A stretch of 64,000 nt of DNA from Escherichia phage WG01: sequence record NC_031928.1; one strand, written 5' to 3'. Below are positions 61,174 to 64,000 of this stretch, one piece after another (the first letter of the stretch is position 1; the number at the start of each line of letters is the position of its first letter). The notes beneath the pieces are model-generated. The model saw only the letters and a program-made list of their open reading frames with translations. It was not told the origin of the DNA and searched no databases. Position numbers and translations under genes: made by a program.

Positions 61174-61414
61174 CAGAAATAGCCATCAGTTCATCAACAG
61201 TAAGGCATTGCACACTAGGGCCTACACAAAAACGCTTAGTTGAATCATAAAGGTCTGTAGCATTAACAGGTTGTAATTCAGTCCCAACTTGCAAAGGAGA
61301 AATGCGAATCAGTTGTTGGCCATTATGCAATACAAAGCTCTCGCCGACTACCACATCTTTAAAAAGTTTCATAATATTTTCCTCAGAAGTTAAAGAATAC
61401 ACGTACATGGTCAA
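61160..61414 (-). CDS. Hypothetical protein (84 aa)
   Basis: ORF overlapping downstream gene start by 14 nt. Confidence 0.5.
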   Translation of the reverse strand: MTMYVYSLTSEENIMKLFKDVVVGESFVLHNGQQLIRISPLQVGTELQPVNATDLYDSTKRFCVGPSVQCLTVDELMAISVDAE

Positions 61415-61498
61415 TCATAAAAACGATTGGGAAAATGCTCAATACCATTAACAACACAAACATGTTCCAAATTGCTTTAAGTAAGTTTTTCATAATCA
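61390..61498 (-). CDS. Possible small membrane peptide (35 aa)
   Basis: Translated by hand: MKNLLKAIWNMFVLLMVLSIFPIVFMIDHVRVFFNF; SD GGAGATGA downstream of early promoter; not in ORF track. Confidence 0.3.
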
Positions 61499-61519
61499 TC
61501 TCCATTAGTTGATAGGTCT

Positions 61520-61548
61520 ATAATATCATGATTAATGGAGATGTATAC
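61520..61548 (-). promoter_or_regulatory. T4-type early promoter cassette (variant -35 GTATAC)
   Basis: Minus GTATAC, 17 nt, TATTAT, leader AGACCTATCAACTAATGGAGATG. Confidence 0.45.
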
Positions 61549-61638
61549 TGATTTATGCCAATTTCCACAACAATAAACTAAAACACACGCAAATCACTGG
61601 GATACAGGCCATCCAAATAAGGCACCACGTTTTGCTAC

Positions 61639-61905
61639 TCAAAACACCACCTCTTTTATCTCAATCAATCCCCTGTACAATGCCGTGCGGAGGTCATAAA
61701 GAATATCTATGCCGTCAACATTATCCAGTTTTCCATCAATAAGCTTTTCTAAATCTTCCTTTGATGCGATTAAGGGACGGAGAAATTTACATTCAGAAAG
61801 AGATAACTCTGTAGTAACATCACCACCTTCACCTGATGCATCGTACATAGCGGCAACAACCGTACCTGTAACTTTGTGTTTAGCGTAATATAATTTAATA
61901 TCCAT
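61639..61905 (-). CDS. Hypothetical protein (88 aa from MDIKLYYAKHK)
   Basis: Internal ATG with SD GAGGAGAA; track ORF start lies inside the promoter cassette. Confidence 0.5.
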   Translation of the reverse strand: MDIKLYYAKHKVTGTVVAAMYDASGEGGDVTTELSLSECKFLRPLIASKEDLEKLIDGKLDNVDGIDILYDLRTALYRGLIEIKEVVF

Positions 61906-61933
61906 TTTGTTCTCCTCATTAGTTGATAGGAAG

Positions 61934-61963
61934 ATAGTAACACCATCCATGGTGTATGTAAAC
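61934..61963 (-). promoter_or_regulatory. T4-type early promoter cassette
   Basis: Minus GTTTAC, 18 nt, TACTAT, leader CTTCCTATCAACTAATGAGGAGAA. Confidence 0.5.
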
Positions 61964-61975
61964 ACTTATTTTAAA

Positions 61976-62533
61976 TTATAAGGCGAGATACCAGCCGTTG
62001 TAATTGCTCTTACGGACTAGCTTTGTGATGGCTTCTCTGTCACCAGAGAACTTAGGAGTGAACAGGACATCGCCTGCCTCATTTACTGAAGTGTCGAATA
62101 TGATTATACAGTCTGCAACTTTATGATTCAAGAGCGGACCCAGGTTAATCCCTGTTCCATAAGGGAAGTCACCAGAGTATCCTGTAGTACAGGAAATCCA
62201 CTTAGAATCTGATTGATGGGTCTTAACCTCTACACGGAGTCCACAATACATAGGATGAGCTAAAACATCCCATGCATAGGTATAAGGGTCGTCATGGTCT
62301 TCCAGACCACTGTTAACATATCCTTTCAACCAATCAGCAACCATGTACTCGGCATACGTTGCAATGACACACCGAGTCAATACTTCTTTCTTATCTTGGG
62401 ACGGGTCTTGGCTTAAGGAATACAATACGGTATCCTTAATCTTAACCTTCATTTCACCTGTTAAATCAGATGTCTTCAGGGTAAATGTCGGCATCGCTGC
62501 CAATCGGAGTAGTCCCGGGTTCGTCTTCACCAT
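61976..62533 (-). CDS. denB: Endonuclease IV
   Basis: 185 aa from MVKTNPGLL (T4 EndoIV 185 aa); position between ndd cluster and rIIB. Confidence 0.65.
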   Translation of the reverse strand: MVKTNPGLLRLAAMPTFTLKTSDLTGEMKVKIKDTVLYSLSQDPSQDKKEVLTRCVIATYAEYMVADWLKGYVNSGLEDHDDPYTYAWDVLAHPMYCGLRVEVKTHQSDSKWISCTTGYSGDFPYGTGINLGPLLNHKVADCIIIFDTSVNEAGDVLFTPKFSGDREAITKLVRKSNYNGWYLAL

Positions 62534-62774
62534 AAATGCCTCGAATATGAAGTTCACCGTAATAAATTCGGTCGTCGGGTTCTAAAGTATCAGAATCTGC
62601 TAAAGGAAATTCGCCTTCGACCACCTCATCGCATTCTAGAAAAGCGTAATGAACATCACCCGGGTGTTTAACGAGCTTAGCACAATAAACAGTACCTGCT
62701 TTATGGAATCCACGCAAATTAGAAATCTTGATACCACGTTCACCGACATTCAGGTAATTAATCATTTTACTCAC
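62466..62774 (-). CDS. Hypothetical acidic protein (102 aa)
   Basis: ORF whose 3' end overlaps denB start region by about 67 nt; boundaries uncertain. Confidence 0.4.
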   Translation of the reverse strand: MSKMINYLNVGERGIKISNLRGFHKAGTVYCAKLVKHPGDVHYAFLECDEVVEGEFPLADSDTLEPDDRIYYGELHIRGIYGEDEPGTTPIGSDADIYPEDI

Positions 62775-62964
62775 CGAAATAAGAAATACGAACCTCTAAA
62801 CAATGAGCATAAGCGCCCATCGCATCCAGTTGTGCAATCAGTAACCCTTGTTGACGGATATCAAGAGTTTCAAAAACACCACCTTCAATAAAGGTTTCTA
62901 GTGCGTTAATTTTAAGAACCAACTGGTCGTATTCTTCAACTACACGTGCTTGGTAACCTAACAT
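62767..62964 (-). CDS. Hypothetical protein (65 aa)
   Basis: ORF immediately downstream of rIIB, preceded by the GGAGGC-UUCG-GCCUCC hairpin. Confidence 0.45.
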   Translation of the reverse strand: MLGYQARVVEEYDQLVLKINALETFIEGGVFETLDIRQQGLLIAQLDAMGAYAHCLEVRISYFGE

Positions 62965-62969
62965 AATTC

Positions 62970-62985
62970 CTCATTAGGAGGCCGA
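62970..62985 (-). terminator. UUCG-tetraloop hairpin downstream of rIIB
   Basis: GGAGGC-UUCG-GCCUCC, identical to the copy at 25590..25605. Confidence 0.45.
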
Positions 62986-63001
62986 AGCCTCCATTATTGA
63001 T

Positions 63002-63970
63002 TTAGTATTTGTATTCGTTTGCGAACTGTTCGGTGACGTCTTCTAGAACTTCATAATAACATACACGCATTTTAGCATCACCGTAATCGACCGGAATACT
63101 AACAACATCACGTGGGTTAACTTTACATGAAACCACTTTACAGCTTGAGTTACCAAAATGACCGATATAACTACGAGAGCAAACGTGCAGACCACTTGAA
63201 CAGGTTACTTCATCATCGTCATTTACACGAGAACGAGGCATTTTAACCGGTTTGCCTGGTGAGTTATCAAACGTACCGGTACGGCAGTCGGTGTAATCGG
63301 AGTTAACCACCTTCCACGTAATAAAGTGACCATCTTCAGTAATTTTGATGTCGTTTGCCACCAAGAAGTCGAACAAACGTTGTACAGCTTTTTCGCTTGG
63401 GTTTTCTAACAGGTTCTCAAGGAACGGCAGGTAGAATTCGAAGTCTTCACCGTTTTCCATTGAAGTGATAATACGGTCAATCAACCCTGAACGCAATTCA
63501 ATGCCTTGGTAAACCAGACGTCCACCTTCAATACGAACGTTGCCTTTAACAAAGGCCTTAACGGCTTCTTTAATGGAAATCAGTTTAATCGCGTCATCGA
63601 AACGAGATTCTTTAAGAGCCTGTACGATGGCATCAAAATGTTTGTTCTTATTAGTGGTGTTCCATACTGTACGACCTTCAGTGATGGATACGAATTTAGA
63701 ACTCGCGTTCCAGATAATTTCAGGGCGAGAGCCGCCAATAGTAACTTCAACGGGAACTTCACGAGGCTCGTTAGGAACTGTTACTTTGATATTTCCGGTA
63801 ATAACTACCTGGGCCTGTCCAGCTCCTTTAGCATTTTTCAGGACTTTACGGATTGTATCAACTGATACACTGTACCAGTCAGCCAACTCATTCTGAGTAT
63901 AATTACCAGAAATATATAACTTAACGATTTCAACTTGCTCAGAGGAGGTCAAACACTTAATATTGTACAT
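63002..63970 (-). CDS. rIIB: rIIB membrane-associated protein
   Basis: 322 aa; MYNIKCLTSSEQVEIVKLYISGNYTQNELADW and C-terminal VSIPVDYGDAKMRVCYYEVLEDVTEQF match remembered T4 rIIB. Confidence 0.93.
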   Translation of the reverse strand: MYNIKCLTSSEQVEIVKLYISGNYTQNELADWYSVSVDTIRKVLKNAKGAGQAQVVITGNIKVTVPNEPREVPVEVTIGGSRPEIIWNASSKFVSITEGRTVWNTTNKNKHFDAIVQALKESRFDDAIKLISIKEAVKAFVKGNVRIEGGRLVYQGIELRSGLIDRIITSMENGEDFEFYLPFLENLLENPSEKAVQRLFDFLVANDIKITEDGHFITWKVVNSDYTDCRTGTFDNSPGKPVKMPRSRVNDDDEVTCSSGLHVCSRSYIGHFGNSSCKVVSCKVNPRDVVSIPVDYGDAKMRVCYYEVLEDVTEQFANEYKY

Positions 63971-64000
63971 AATATTTCCTTAGATTAAGCCGCTTCCACG

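Noticed and set aside
63974-64000. Possible 3' end of rIIA on the minus strand at the window edge
   Set aside because: Only about 25 nt are inside the window, too little to support a call.

Overview
This window reads as a contiguous segment of a T4-like (Tevenvirinae) myovirus genome, with gene order and many protein sequences closely matching what I recall of coliphage T4. In order: two tandem gp24-like capsid genes, rnlB, hoc, inh, uvsW/uvsW.1, uvsY, the baseplate hub/wedge block 25-26-51-27-28-29-48-54, three tandem Alt-like ADP-ribosyltransferase genes, DNA ligase (30), a 30.x small-gene cluster, rIII, 31, cd, pseT, spanins, alc, rnlA, denA, nrdB, nrdA, td, frd, 32, 59, 33, dsbA, rnh, long tail fibre genes 34-35-36-37 with a T2-type gp38 adhesin, holin t, asiA, motA, 52, ndd, denB and rIIB. 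Early/middle genes are on the minus strand and late structural genes mostly on the plus strand. No tRNA, CRISPR array, intron or homing endonuclease gene was found; td and nrdB are uninterrupted. The most notable points are the three Alt-like paralogs, a NADAR-like plus HAD-like gene pair in the 30.x cluster, tandem gp24-like paralogs, a repeated early-promoter/leader cassette family, and a gp37 C-terminal chaperone-like domain next to a glycine-rich gp38 adhesin. All assignments rest on reading the translated ORFs and motifs by eye against remembered T4 proteins; no database search was run.
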